DNA from: a virus
Direction: 5' to 3' (one strand)
Virus record (IMG/VR): IMGVR_UViG_3300021437_000001
Span: 53,955 to 117,954 of that record
DNA length: 64,000 nt
This document shows, piece by piece, positions 9,981 through 19,945 of the stretch (position 1 is the first letter of the stretch; the number at the start of each line of letters is the position of its first letter). The position numbers and the translations under genes are program-made. Below the pieces are notes generated by a model. That model was not told the DNA's origin, searched no databases, and saw nothing but the letters and a program-made list of their open reading frames with translations.

Positions 9981-10143
9981 TGATTTGCGGTAGTGGTGGA
10001 ACTGATAAGGACTTTGATTGTTACGATTACTATGTAAATTGTACAGTCAACCTTAAACCAGAACCAACGCTAAAAGAATTTGAAATTTGTAAACGAAATG
10101 AAAAATCAGGAATTAAACGGATAGAGAAACTAAAGGATACAAA

Positions 10144-10440
10144 ATGAGCGATCAACTAAACACAGGACTACTTCCTATCGGGGCAGTCAAAATTCCAGCG
10201 GTGGCTCCAGTTAAACCAGTTGCCGAAAAGCCTAAATTACGAGGGCTTACGGCTACACACGTCATCGTTGACGAAGTAGAAATCCTAACACTCGCACAAG
10301 TCGAACAAGCTCAGATCGAGAAAGTTCTAGCAATCCTTGGCAACAACAAAGCCAAAGCTGCGAATGCTCTAGGAATTACTGTTAAAACACTTTATAACAA
10401 ACTTCATGACTATGGTTTGTTTGAGAAGTACAAGGCTTAA
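10144..10440 (+). CDS. Stand-alone Fis-type HTH (HTH_8) protein
   Basis: TLAQVEQAQIEKVL...GNNKAKAANALGITVKTLYNKL, typical of the C-terminal DNA-binding domain of sigma-54 enhancer-binding proteins. Confidence 0.85.
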   Translation: MSDQLNTGLLPIGAVKIPAVAPVKPVAEKPKLRGLTATHVIVDEVEILTLAQVEQAQIEKVLAILGNNKAKAANALGITVKTLYNKLHDYGLFEKYKA

Positions 10441-10441
10441 T

Positions 10442-10723
10442 ATGGTTTGGTTAAGCAGGATTTTGAATCGAAGGATTGTTAAAGGTTTTGAGTATCGTTT
10501 GAAGTCTCTTGAAGACTTAATGGATTCGTGTCAAGCTCAGATGTCTGAGTTAGGAGAAAAACTCGACATGCTTCGACGAGAAACTCCAGAACCACAAGAA
10601 TCCATCAAAAAGATCAGTGGAGAATTTGAATTGTGGAGCCGCATGTATTGGGATGCTTACAATAGGCACGACGAAGTTACATCGGGTTTAATGCTTGTGA
10701 CTAAAGATTTTAATCGGAGGTAG
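10442..10723 (+). CDS. Hypothetical coiled-coil protein
   Basis: ORF within the operon. Confidence 0.5.
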   Translation: MVWLSRILNRRIVKGFEYRLKSLEDLMDSCQAQMSELGEKLDMLRRETPEPQESIKKISGEFELWSRMYWDAYNRHDEVTSGLMLVTKDFNRR

Positions 10724-10724
10724 C

Positions 10725-10961
10725 ATGGCAAAGAAGAAAGTTCGTCCTTTAGGAGACATAACTCTAGAGTTAGAACCACTTCTTCTTGAAATGGTATCAA
10801 GTCACGAGTTGCAACATGGAGAAATATTGAATATAATAAGAGGGTATTTGGAAATCCATTGCCCAGATGCGCAAGAACAATACACAGATGGCACTACACC
10901 AGTGTTCTTTTACGGACACGAGGAGACGTTAAATGAGCGACGAAAAAGACCCAAAAACTAA
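10725..10961 (+). CDS. Hypothetical protein
   Basis: SD GGAGG; ORF within the operon. Confidence 0.6.
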   Translation: MAKKKVRPLGDITLELEPLLLEMVSSHELQHGEILNIIRGYLEIHCPDAQEQYTDGTTPVFFYGHEETLNERRKRPKN

Positions 10962-11310
10962 TTTACGAGTTCTCGAGTTTGAACGTAAAAAAGAAAGCAG
11001 CGAATCCAATAAGATTGTTGCAGATATGTTTCGAACTCTAGCTAAGCGTGCTGATGCTGGTGATATTGAAGACTTCGTAATTACCTTCAAGAGCGAATCT
11101 CGTGGAATTGAATCTATGATTGGCGCTGGTAGAAGTGTTAGAGGGTTTGATTTTATTGGTTATATCGGCATGCTTGAAGTTCTTAAACAACGACTTCTTG
11201 GCATCATGTCCCAAATGACTTACGCCTACACTTATGAAGGTGAAGAAAAAGAAGAACCAAAACAATCGGAGGATAAGGATGGACAACCAACCGAGCCAGA
11301 GAGCACTTAG
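10933..11310 (+). CDS. Hypothetical protein
   Basis: SD GAGGAG; ORF within the operon. Confidence 0.6.
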   Translation: MSDEKDPKTNLRVLEFERKKESSESNKIVADMFRTLAKRADAGDIEDFVITFKSESRGIESMIGAGRSVRGFDFIGYIGMLEVLKQRLLGIMSQMTYAYTYEGEEKEEPKQSEDKDGQPTEPEST

Positions 11311-11515
11311 AATAAATATTTCTAATATCTTTTTAGGGTTGCTGCTCTTGACTTTAGTAAATGCGATTTGTCCAGGCTTAGGCATTGATCCTAAAGCAGA
11401 ATCAGGTCAAGTATTTTACATGTTAATTGCAGTGATGACTGCTTTTATGTTTCCGTGGTTACAAGTTGTGGAGGTTGTAAATGATGACAGTGAAGATAAA
11501 ACGCCTAAGTCCTGA
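11279..11515 (+). CDS. Small two-TM membrane protein
   Basis: Two hydrophobic stretches. Confidence 0.5.
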   Translation: MDNQPSQRALRINISNIFLGLLLLTLVNAICPGLGIDPKAESGQVFYMLIAVMTAFMFPWLQVVEVVNDDSEDKTPKS

Positions 11516-11930
11516 AGCGATAGTTCCAAAATACGCTAAAAATGGTGACGCAGGAATGGATTTAGTCGCAACTTCAAAAGAATTTGAAACTAATGACGCT
11601 GGCCGTAAAATGCAAGTATTTGGTACAGGTCTGGCTTTTGAAATTCCAGAAGGCTATGTAGGATTGATCTTTCCTAGATCTTCTATTGCTAAGACTGATT
11701 TGTCTTTGACTAATTGTGTCGGTGTGATTGATAGTGGATATAGAGGAGAAGTCAAATTTAAGTTTGCTATTGACAGTGGGTCTCGACCTACGCAAGCTTC
11801 TTCTTATAAAGTGGGCGACAGAATTGGTCAAATTATCATTATGCCGTATCCTCAAGTTAAATTTGAAGAAGTTGACAGCCTAAGTGACTCAGAACGAGGC
11901 ACTGGTGGATTTGGAAGTTCGGGTACATAG
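11481..11930 (+). CDS. dut: Trimeric dUTPase
   Basis: AGMDL, PRSS, GVIDSGYRGE, GDRIGQ, RGTGGFGSSG. Confidence 0.95.
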   Translation: MMTVKIKRLSPEAIVPKYAKNGDAGMDLVATSKEFETNDAGRKMQVFGTGLAFEIPEGYVGLIFPRSSIAKTDLSLTNCVGVIDSGYRGEVKFKFAIDSGSRPTQASSYKVGDRIGQIIIMPYPQVKFEEVDSLSDSERGTGGFGSSGT

Positions 11931-12025
11931 TACACAGTCAACTATATACTATGTTCTGATGCCTCAGTTTGATACTGGGGCATTTTTTTATTGACTATCT
12001 TATATGGCTAGGAGATACTGACTTT

Positions 12026-12580
12026 ATGGAAAGAGATGATGAATCAAAGAAAATGCTCGATCAAGCTTTGTCAGCAGGGGATGACTGGCTTAGAAAACAG
12101 GGGGTCATTACCGACTTCTCTATTAACACGATCATTGCTTGGGTTTATTTGAACTTTGAGAAGGTTGAGAATGTGGAGTTAGATGTAGATCGGCCAAAAC
12201 AACGTATATACGCCCGTATATATTTAGGTTTTTGGACTCTTCTTTTAATGACACTTTTTCGACAAAAAGACGAACTTTTAGATACCATTTTTAATTGGCT
12301 TGCTGAGTATCTCCCTACTTATGAGATTTCAGTTGAGTTGAAGAGATGGAAAGGAGCAAAACGTGAGAAATTTAGCATTAATCCTATCGTTAGCAGCCCT
12401 GATGATACCGACAATGAGCTGCCAGAAGGTGAAGGCAATATCGCCGAAGCTCTCAGAGCAAGAAAAACACACATTGAAGATTCAAAGAACTCTACAAGCA
12501 TTGCAGCCAAACCTGAACAAAATGCAGAGTCTACAGTTAGCCCAGGCGATTCAGACTCAAGCGAAAATAAACAATCTTGA
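12026..12580 (+). CDS. Hypothetical protein with acidic disordered tail overlapping the next gene
   Basis: SD AGGAG before ATG 12026. Confidence 0.55.
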   Translation: MERDDESKKMLDQALSAGDDWLRKQGVITDFSINTIIAWVYLNFEKVENVELDVDRPKQRIYARIYLGFWTLLLMTLFRQKDELLDTIFNWLAEYLPTYEISVELKRWKGAKREKFSINPIVSSPDDTDNELPEGEGNIAEALRARKTHIEDSKNSTSIAAKPEQNAESTVSPGDSDSSENKQS

Positions 12581-12956
12581 TTGGAGACTGATAGTTGCTA
12601 TTTTCTTTCAAGAATCGTCCTTAAGCATTGACCCGCAAGGATGCCTTGCAAGTAAGAAACGCTGCACCGCCGATTATGGAATAGGACAGGTCAGAGCTAA
12701 GGTATGGGAAAAGGCGTTTCCAATTGATCGTAAAAAATTGATGTCTGACGTACACTATAGCGTACAGACTAGCGTGAAAGTTTTGACTTATTACAAAATG
12801 CGTTATGCACAAAAAGAACTTAACTGGTTTACTCGGTATCATTCCGGTTCACCAATTCATAGAGCTACTTATATGAAGAATCTTAACAAGGCTTTTGCAA
12901 AAATTAATAAGCATTTAAAAGATGACGAGGTGCGTCTAGTGGCAGCAACCCCTTGA
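12363..12956 (+). CDS. Lytic transglycosylase (SLT family) with signal/lipoprotein-like N-terminus
   Basis: AIFFQESS (catalytic Glu), DYGIGQV, RYHSG; GTG start with SD AAGGAG. Confidence 0.8.
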   Translation: MRNLALILSLAALMIPTMSCQKVKAISPKLSEQEKHTLKIQRTLQALQPNLNKMQSLQLAQAIQTQAKINNLDWRLIVAIFFQESSLSIDPQGCLASKKRCTADYGIGQVRAKVWEKAFPIDRKKLMSDVHYSVQTSVKVLTYYKMRYAQKELNWFTRYHSGSPIHRATYMKNLNKAFAKINKHLKDDEVRLVAATP

Positions 12957-12980
12957 TTTCACCCCCTTTTGTGCTATAAT
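12953..12980 (+). promoter_or_regulatory. Extended -10 sigma-70-type promoter upstream of the terminase operon
   Basis: TTGATT-N16-TATAAT with TG at the extended -10 position. Confidence 0.55.
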
Positions 12981-13001
12981 GAGACAATAAGCGGAGTAAA
13001 A

Positions 13002-13634
13002 ATGTCAGATAAGAAAAAAGATCAAGGTATTCAGGAATTTACGGTCTCAACAACTGAGCCTAATGTCGTTGATGTTGACAATCTACCTACCAAAGTATTT
13101 CAACCTAGTGATTTTGATAAAGAGCAGATGTATCAAGACTTTCGTAAAGGTAAAACTTTAGTTGAACTGGCTGAAAAATGGAATGTTTCCGAAAAAAGTA
13201 TGGGCCGTTATAAAAAAGACGGTAAATGGGATGAACGTCGGCAACGTGAGATTGATGAGAAGCGGAGTTTAGAGACTATCGAAATTGAAGAGATAGCCAA
13301 GCAGACATATTCTAAATTGTTAAAAGTCACCTATAAGTTAGTCAGTGATTTTGAACGTTATGTTTTTGATGGCGAAGAGCAAGGGTCTCCAGTTCCTTTG
13401 AAAGTTTTAACAGAGGCAGTCGAGAAGCTAACTAAATTGCATTATTTTGCTGCAAATGGCGGTGTGGAGCGCACTAAATCAGAAACGGTTACTAGAAACG
13501 TGACTGAGAAAATTGACTACGCTGCACTTGCTAAAATACACATGGAATCTAAAAAACTTAACCCTGGATATGACGAAAAAGGTCTACTTAAAGACGTGGT
13601 AGATGCGTCATACAAAAAATCGGATAAGAAATGA
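13002..13634 (+). CDS. Terminase small subunit (putative)
   Basis: HTH (TLVELAEKWNVSEKSM...GKW); directly precedes and overlaps TerL. Confidence 0.7.
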   Translation: MSDKKKDQGIQEFTVSTTEPNVVDVDNLPTKVFQPSDFDKEQMYQDFRKGKTLVELAEKWNVSEKSMGRYKKDGKWDERRQREIDEKRSLETIEIEEIAKQTYSKLLKVTYKLVSDFERYVFDGEEQGSPVPLKVLTEAVEKLTKLHYFAANGGVERTKSETVTRNVTEKIDYAALAKIHMESKKLNPGYDEKGLLKDVVDASYKKSDKK

Positions 13635-15445
13635 GTAATGATGTTCTAGAAACACTTGGAATAACTCCTATCAGCCGACCTCCTACTAAATTAGGAATGT
13701 CGCTGCTGGAATTCTTTGAGTGGGAAGCTACTCTAGGAATAAAAAATCTATCTCCCGCTCAAAAAATTACTTTGAAGGTTATTCAGGGTGAAAAACTCGA
13801 CGAAACTACTCCAATTCCAATTTCGCACCCTTATCAAGATAAGATTTTTGAAAACGAAGTTGAGATGTTTAAGTTTTTTTCTGGTAAAGACCATTACGAG
13901 CCAGTTATCTATTCAGATGTGTCCTTAGCTTGGGGGCGACGCTCAGGAAAGTCTACTACTATAGGTGCTGGAATTGCTATTTACTTTGCCACACAGTTTG
14001 ATTATATTCCTTTACTTGGAACTTCTCCCCACGCTACGATACCGATAGTAAGTCCTACCAAAGAACAAGCAGGAGAAATCTACGCCACTATAAAAAACAT
14101 GATGTTGCGCTCTACCTATTTATTTGATGAATTTCTTGATGGTAAGATTGATAACTTTCAAGACGAATACGATGAGGAAAAAGTCGGTAAAAAAGACGCC
14201 TTAATAGGCGGACAAATTAAATTGAACAACAAAGTCATTATCAAAGTGATCGCTGCCGATATTTCAAAACTAAGAGGTATGGCTGTACCCTTTGCGATAA
14301 TGGACGAGTGCTGTTTCATGGGAGTTATGGAAGGAACTGACAACAAAAACACGGATAAAGCTATTTACGAAGCCTTATCTCCGGCGTTATCTCAGTTTCA
14401 ACAGGTTGAAGGTATGGCTTTAATCTTGAAGATTAGTTCTCCAAATGGACAATCTGGATTAATGTATGGTGATTATGAAATGTCAAAAGATCATGACGTA
14501 TTGCACATGCAAGTGCCGTCTTGGTATGCGAATCCAACCATTCCGGTTAAATATCTTGAGAAACAAAAGAAAAAGGGTATTTCGTTCTTTCAACGAGAGT
14601 ATGGCGCTCAATATACAGCATCAGAAATATCTTACTTAGACCCCAACATGATAGATGCGGCTGTCATTTCGGGAGTGGATAGCTTACCCTTTAATCCTAA
14701 ATATAGATATGTGGCTGTTACAGATTTTGCCAGTAAAAATGACTATTGGGCTTTTGGAATTGGCCATAAAGAATATTATTGGGAAGGTAAAGAGAAGAAA
14801 TCTTTAGTGGTGATAGATTATAGTGTCGCTTGGAAAGGCTTAGCTGGACAAGAATTAGATCCGATGCTTATAATACCGTTAATAGCCCAGAAGATGAAAG
14901 AATACCAGATTGGCTATTGTATAGCCGATCAGTATGCTTTTGCGGCAGTTAAAGCAATGCTTCAGCAGGAAGGTTGTATAGCTAAAGAGTTCAAGGTTTC
15001 GCAACAATCAAAAATGAAGTATATGTATTCTTTACAGATTGCTGTAAATTCAAAAACATTTAAAATTGTAGATCATCCTTTATTAATCAAACATTTAAAA
15101 GATCTTAGAGAGCGCAGAAGTCAGAATGGACGAGTGCAAATCATGAATGCCCCAGGCTCTCATGACGATTTGGCAAACGTGGCAGCATTGATAACTTATC
15201 AATTTGACACGACATCTCCGATATACATAGGACATACAGACCATGATGATACGCAAATTCCTACAGACACTAAAGACCTGACTGGACGACAAATAGCGCC
15301 ACCTACAGCAGAAGAACTAGCTCAACTAAACGGTGTTGAAAAGTTTTATGACAATAGGGGCGAATTTGACGAAAAAGGTAATAGAAAACCTGGCACCGAT
15401 GATGATGAGTCTGGCGGTGGCGGCAACATGTGGTGGGTATTTTAA
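13631..15445 (+). CDS. terL: Terminase large subunit
   Basis: WGRRSGKS Walker A, SPTKEQA, LRG...IMDE Walker B, ISSP, REYGAQY, nuclease D residues, HDDLA. Confidence 0.92.
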   Translation: MSNDVLETLGITPISRPPTKLGMSLLEFFEWEATLGIKNLSPAQKITLKVIQGEKLDETTPIPISHPYQDKIFENEVEMFKFFSGKDHYEPVIYSDVSLAWGRRSGKSTTIGAGIAIYFATQFDYIPLLGTSPHATIPIVSPTKEQAGEIYATIKNMMLRSTYLFDEFLDGKIDNFQDEYDEEKVGKKDALIGGQIKLNNKVIIKVIAADISKLRGMAVPFAIMDECCFMGVMEGTDNKNTDKAIYEALSPALSQFQQVEGMALILKISSPNGQSGLMYGDYEMSKDHDVLHMQVPSWYANPTIPVKYLEKQKKKGISFFQREYGAQYTASEISYLDPNMIDAAVISGVDSLPFNPKYRYVAVTDFASKNDYWAFGIGHKEYYWEGKEKKSLVVIDYSVAWKGLAGQELDPMLIIPLIAQKMKEYQIGYCIADQYAFAAVKAMLQQEGCIAKEFKVSQQSKMKYMYSLQIAVNSKTFKIVDHPLLIKHLKDLRERRSQNGRVQIMNAPGSHDDLANVAALITYQFDTTSPIYIGHTDHDDTQIPTDTKDLTGRQIAPPTAEELAQLNGVEKFYDNRGEFDEKGNRKPGTDDDESGGGGNMWWVF

Positions 15446-16026
15446 TGAAAGTCTGTTCTTTATGCGCAGAAACTAAGCCTCTAGAAGAATTTTCAAAAAA
15501 GACAGGTACTAGAAGGCAATCTCGATGCAAATCCTGTTTTAGAAGTGTACTAAAGCTCTATCGAAAACAGAACCAAGATAGTATAAGTAAGCGACGAAAA
15601 GCGGCATACAAAACAGACCCATTAAGATATAACAAGCAAAATCAAGACTCTTATATTAGAAACCATACTAAAAGAGTCAAGTATGCGTCAGAATATGTAA
15701 AAACTAAGTTAGAAACTGATCTTGTGTTTAAAGTTCGCCATAAAATTAGAGACAGATTTCATAAAGCCTTGAAAGGTAATTACAAGAAAGGTTCGGCGGT
15801 AAAAAACCTAGGTTGTTCGATTGAATTCCTAGTAAAATACTTAGAGACTAGGTTTGCAGTAGGCATGACTTGGGATAACTACGGTGTGCATGGTTGGCAT
15901 ATAGATCATATTATGCCCTTGTCTAAGTTTGATTTGAACGATCCTGTACAAATAGCAAAGGCGTGTCATTATACAAACTTGCAACCTTTGTGGGCTACTG
16001 ATAATATAAGAAAAGGCAATAGATGA
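15445..16026 (+). CDS. HNH homing endonuclease
   Basis: CxxC N-terminus, GMTWDNYG, WHIDHIMP, NLQPLWATDN. Confidence 0.85.
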   Translation: MKVCSLCAETKPLEEFSKKTGTRRQSRCKSCFRSVLKLYRKQNQDSISKRRKAAYKTDPLRYNKQNQDSYIRNHTKRVKYASEYVKTKLETDLVFKVRHKIRDRFHKALKGNYKKGSAVKNLGCSIEFLVKYLETRFAVGMTWDNYGVHGWHIDHIMPLSKFDLNDPVQIAKACHYTNLQPLWATDNIRKGNR

Positions 16027-16164
16027 AGAAAGACTTGCACGCATTTAGAAAATTTCAAGCTGAGTGGATGACTAGTGATTTTAAGCCAAAAGGCAAAATT
16101 CTAAAGAAAATCAAACATTCTGCAAGACAGAACGCTAAAAAAGAGATTAATAAAGAGGTAAAGA

Positions 16165-18000
16165 ATGGCAGAACAAAATAAGAGCTTCCTTGGAAAAGTA
16201 AGAGAAGCTGTTGATGTAACACTAGATTCCTATATTACAAAGAGCCGTTCAACAATCAATGAGACTCCGGCAGAAGCCGATTCTCGTGGTGATAAATTGT
16301 CTATTAGTGAGCTAGATTATGCTGGCAACGAACAATATGGATGGAAAGAAAAAGTCGGTATGGTCGGCAATCCTGTGCTTAAGAGCATGGCTCGACGAGA
16401 CTCCGTAGTTATCGCAATTCATCAAACTCGTATTGCTCAAACCTCGGCATTTACTAAAAAACAACGCTCTAGATATGTACCAGGATGGTTGATCGTACCA
16501 GAAGAGAGCGCAGACTTAACAGAAGATCAGAAACTTGAATTATCCGATCCAAATCTTTCTCCAGAAGAATACGCTCAAAAGCAGTATGAATTTGAAGAAG
16601 CTCGAGTAAAACTGAAAAAACAACAACTCAAAGAAATGAAGGAAATCGAAGACTTTATCCTTCACTGTGGAATGGACACTGATGAGTCAGATACGACTCA
16701 CAAGCGTGTCGATTTTGACAAATTTGTAAAGATTGCAGTTCGAGACCGTTTGACTTATAACTACGCTGCGGTTGAATTGATACCACAACGTAATCAAGAA
16801 CGTGCCCATCATTTTTATCCTGTATCGGCTGGTACTATTAAATTTGCCACTCGAAGATCAGCAGAACAACTGCAAAAACTCATGGTAGAAAACATGAAAT
16901 TAAGAGGTTTGACAGAGGAAGACATTGCCAGAAAAACTAACAAACCTTATAAATATGTGCAAGTTGTTCGAGGAGCGGTTCAAGCTGCTTGGTCAGAAGA
17001 TTGGTTTGTATTTGAACCAGCAAATCCAACTATAGATCCAGAAGATAATGGATACGCAATGGGCGAACTTGAAATGCTCATTCAAATTATCACTGCACAC
17101 TTATATGCCGAAGCGCACAATCGTAATTTCTTTGTGCAAGGTATTGGTACTAAAGGTTTATTGCACATAAAAGGGGAAAATATTTCTCGTGCGCAATTAG
17201 AAGCCTTCAAACGTCAATGGTTTAATCAAATTTCTAACACTCGTAACTCATTCAGACCGCCTATTATTGGTATGGCAGATGAAGTAAAATGGGTTCCACT
17301 TGCACAATCAAATCGTGAAATGGAATTTGAACAGTGGATGAATTATTTGATTCGTATTTGCTGTGCCGTTTATCAGATCGACCCAGCAGAAATCAATTTT
17401 GACATTTCTAAAGTGAACACCTCCACACTTAATGAGTCATCAAACGAAACTCGAATTAAGTCTTCTCGTGATAAAGGATTAAAACCTTTACTTGACTACG
17501 TTCAAAATTTAATCAATAACAACATTCTTCCTCGATGGAATCCAGAATATGCGAAAAAGTATCGTTTCGAGTTTGTTGGTCTTGATGCTGAAACAAGACA
17601 ACAAGAAATTGACCGTTTACAAAAAGAAACTAGCGTTTGGAAAACCATTAATGAGGCTAGAATCGAGATGGGTAAAGCCCCGCTTGAGGATGGTGACATA
17701 GTTCTTAATGCTATCTACTCTCAGTATCTTGCACAAAAAATGCAACAAGATCAAGCTGCGCAACAGCAAGATCAACAGCCTGTTGATGAAACAGGTGCAG
17801 GAGAGAATGGAGATGGAACAAATGGCCCTCCTAACTATGATCAACAAGCTCAACACAGCGAAGAGGCTCAGAAAATTGAAGAAGAATTCAATTCTGATTT
17901 AGAAAGCCTAGCTTCTGAGATTGGAAAACCAGAATCAAAACCTAAGAAGAAATCTGAAGACACTAAAAAGTCTATTGAGTATTTCTCCGATGAAGATTAA
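16165..18000 (+). CDS. Portal protein (SPO1/Twort-like)
   Basis: RDRLTY, HNRNFF, DMEF-like REMEFEQW, YQIDPAEINF, SRDKGLKPLL, TINEAR. Confidence 0.9.
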   Translation: MAEQNKSFLGKVREAVDVTLDSYITKSRSTINETPAEADSRGDKLSISELDYAGNEQYGWKEKVGMVGNPVLKSMARRDSVVIAIHQTRIAQTSAFTKKQRSRYVPGWLIVPEESADLTEDQKLELSDPNLSPEEYAQKQYEFEEARVKLKKQQLKEMKEIEDFILHCGMDTDESDTTHKRVDFDKFVKIAVRDRLTYNYAAVELIPQRNQERAHHFYPVSAGTIKFATRRSAEQLQKLMVENMKLRGLTEEDIARKTNKPYKYVQVVRGAVQAAWSEDWFVFEPANPTIDPEDNGYAMGELEMLIQIITAHLYAEAHNRNFFVQGIGTKGLLHIKGENISRAQLEAFKRQWFNQISNTRNSFRPPIIGMADEVKWVPLAQSNREMEFEQWMNYLIRICCAVYQIDPAEINFDISKVNTSTLNESSNETRIKSSRDKGLKPLLDYVQNLINNNILPRWNPEYAKKYRFEFVGLDAETRQQEIDRLQKETSVWKTINEARIEMGKAPLEDGDIVLNAIYSQYLAQKMQQDQAAQQQDQQPVDETGAGENGDGTNGPPNYDQQAQHSEEAQKIEEEFNSDLESLASEIGKPESKPKKKSEDTKKSIEYFSDED

Positions 18001-18229
18001 AGTTGAGTTAGAAAAAGGTGAAACAGTTGAGGCTGCTGACGAGTTCCTGGCAAAGGCACTCGCAGCTAAAACTGAATGCGAACATGGAGAGCGTTACTCC
18101 GATGACGCTATAAACGAAGCCCATGATCATATTTGCAAACTATTTAATTCTTTAACTACAGATTTGCATTTAACGATAAAGGACATAGTCGAAGATGCTA
18201 CTAGAACAAAGAACCCAGGACAGAATTAA
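17990..18229 (+). CDS. Hypothetical protein
   Basis: Lies between the portal and head morphogenesis genes. Confidence 0.5.
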   Translation: MKIKVELEKGETVEAADEFLAKALAAKTECEHGERYSDDAINEAHDHICKLFNSLTTDLHLTIKDIVEDATRTKNPGQN

Positions 18230-19034
18230 TGAAGCAGTAGATCAAGCTTACTTGTCATTTTTGATAAGTATGATTGGTTTTGCGGCGCTTTCAGAAGATG
18301 ATAAGCGTAAAGCGGCTGTACTAGGTCTTGTCCAAATCAATAGACCATTGATAGAATCTTTATATCAGATAGCTTTTCAACGAGGAAACGAAGCAAGTCA
18401 ACGTCCTGTGAAACTTCGAGATTTGATAGCTTATGCTGGCTTAGCTGGGGTCTTGCCTTTAACTGATGCTCAGGCCTATTCTTTAGAGCATGCAAAAAGA
18501 GAAATGTACGACGCTATTGAAAGTGCTCGTGAAGAATATAAAAAGAAAATTCGACAAGCCATTCTAAAATCAAATGCTGATGCTCGAGCTAGTGAATTAA
18601 CACAGTCTCTCTCAATACAGGAAAAGCAAGCCAAAAAAATAGAGTTAGTTAGTGCTCTATTAGCAAGTCTGGCGTTAATTTCCACTAAACTCGAAGACGC
18701 CTTTACAAAAGGGGCCACTAGTGCCTTAACAAATTTAGTCAATAATGCTGCGGTAGATGAGGCACTTACCAGTGTGCTAGTAAATCAAACTTCAGCAAAA
18801 AACTTGCGAGCCTATAAACGTGTTATAAACGATGGCAAATTATGCGGATGGTGTTCAAAATTTTATACCAATAAAGACGGTTCACCAAAAGTATATCCAT
18901 TGTCAGAATTAATTGCGAATGGATCTAACGATGGTTTACCGAAGAACGCTTGGAAGCCTGTCGTTGGAAAAACGCATGTACGTTGCCGTTGTCAGCTTCA
19001 TTATTTAGCTCCGAATCAACCTGATCCAAAGTAG
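18195..19034 (+). CDS. Head morphogenesis/minor head protein (Mu gpF/SPP1 gp7-like)
   Basis: CGWC ... HVRCRC (HPxCRC-like) C-terminal motif; follows the portal. Confidence 0.75.
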   Translation: MLLEQRTQDRINEAVDQAYLSFLISMIGFAALSEDDKRKAAVLGLVQINRPLIESLYQIAFQRGNEASQRPVKLRDLIAYAGLAGVLPLTDAQAYSLEHAKREMYDAIESAREEYKKKIRQAILKSNADARASELTQSLSIQEKQAKKIELVSALLASLALISTKLEDAFTKGATSALTNLVNNAAVDEALTSVLVNQTSAKNLRAYKRVINDGKLCGWCSKFYTNKDGSPKVYPLSELIANGSNDGLPKNAWKPVVGKTHVRCRCQLHYLAPNQPDPK

Positions 19035-19156
19035 CATCATCTTCAAAAAAAGAAGGTTGAGCTTTCTCTAAACAGTCTGCTGTTATTTGTTTTTCTGGCG
19101 CTTGAGTTGTTAATTTCTTGATTTTATTTCCACGTTTCAACCACTCGGAAATTGAT

Positions 19157-19513
19157 TCAGTTTTCACTTTTGTAAATCCTTTTTATGTATTGTTCTTCAA
19201 ATGGCATATCGTCTATATAAGATTCTGGCTTAGAAGCTATGACGTGGACATAATCGGCTAGGCCAATTTGTTTAACGACATTCTCAGCATGATCGCTACC
19301 TCCAGCAGACCAAACCACAACATTCCAACCTATAGCATGTAAATCTTTTACAAGTTGAATATGAGGTCGATGCAAGCGGACAACAATATTTCCACTTTCC
19401 AAAGTTAGAACTTTAGAAGTTGGATCATGAATATCAGCTCCCCACATGATTAGGGTGTCGTCCACGTCGCAATAAATTGTTCGTTTATCCGAGAGTTTAA
19501 AATAATTAGACAC
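19157..19513 (-). CDS. HAD-superfamily phosphatase
   Basis: DVDDTL, VWSAGG, KP..YIDD. Confidence 0.8.
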   Translation of the reverse strand: MSNYFKLSDKRTIYCDVDDTLIMWGADIHDPTSKVLTLESGNIVVRLHRPHIQLVKDLHAIGWNVVVWSAGGSDHAENVVKQIGLADYVHVIASKPESYIDDMPFEEQYIKRIYKSEN

Positions 19514-19703
19514 GTTTTAAATTTTCCTTTGTTCGCTCAATGTGCTGCTCAAGTTGCTGTCTATTAAATGTTAATTCTGTACTGCGAGTTATAATTTTTA
19601 CTTTTCCTTGCATGACGCCGGAACTTCCAGCTACCCAGAAATCCCAATTGCTGCGCATTCGTAGTAAAAATTTAAGATGTTCACGAATCGCTTGCTTTCT
19701 CAT
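19506..19703 (-). CDS. Hypothetical protein
   Basis: Coupled ORF in the minus-strand operon. Confidence 0.45.
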   Translation of the reverse strand: MRKQAIREHLKFLLRMRSNWDFWVAGSSGVMQGKVKIITRSTELTFNRQQLEQHIERTKENLKRV

Positions 19704-19945
19704 GGCTTTTCACCTACAAGATAAACAATATGCCCTTCTACCACTTGAACTGGAATTTCGTAACCTTCTACTCGAAAGCATTTAAAATCAGTAGAGCCGT
19801 AACTATTGATGGCAGTTTCTTTACCTAAAATTAATATTTTAGGCACTAAAAAATGTTCTAAACAAAACATCGCCTGTCTTTGAATAATCAAATTTAATTT
19901 TTCAGCTTCTCCAGTTGCTAATTCAAATTTACTCCAAGAATTCAT
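19700..19945 (-). CDS. Hypothetical protein
   Basis: Likely starts at MNSWSKF, overlapping the ligase stop codon. Confidence 0.45.
   Translation of the reverse strand: MNSWSKFELATGEAEKLNLIIQRQAMFCLEHFLVPKILILGKETAINSYGSTDFKCFRVEGYEIPVQVVEGHIVYLVGEKP

Noticed and set aside
15445-16026. HNH genes next to terL and after the MCP as intron-encoded or defence nucleases
   Set aside because: TerL, portal and MCP frames are intact and no group I intron core was seen. They look like free-standing homing endonucleases.
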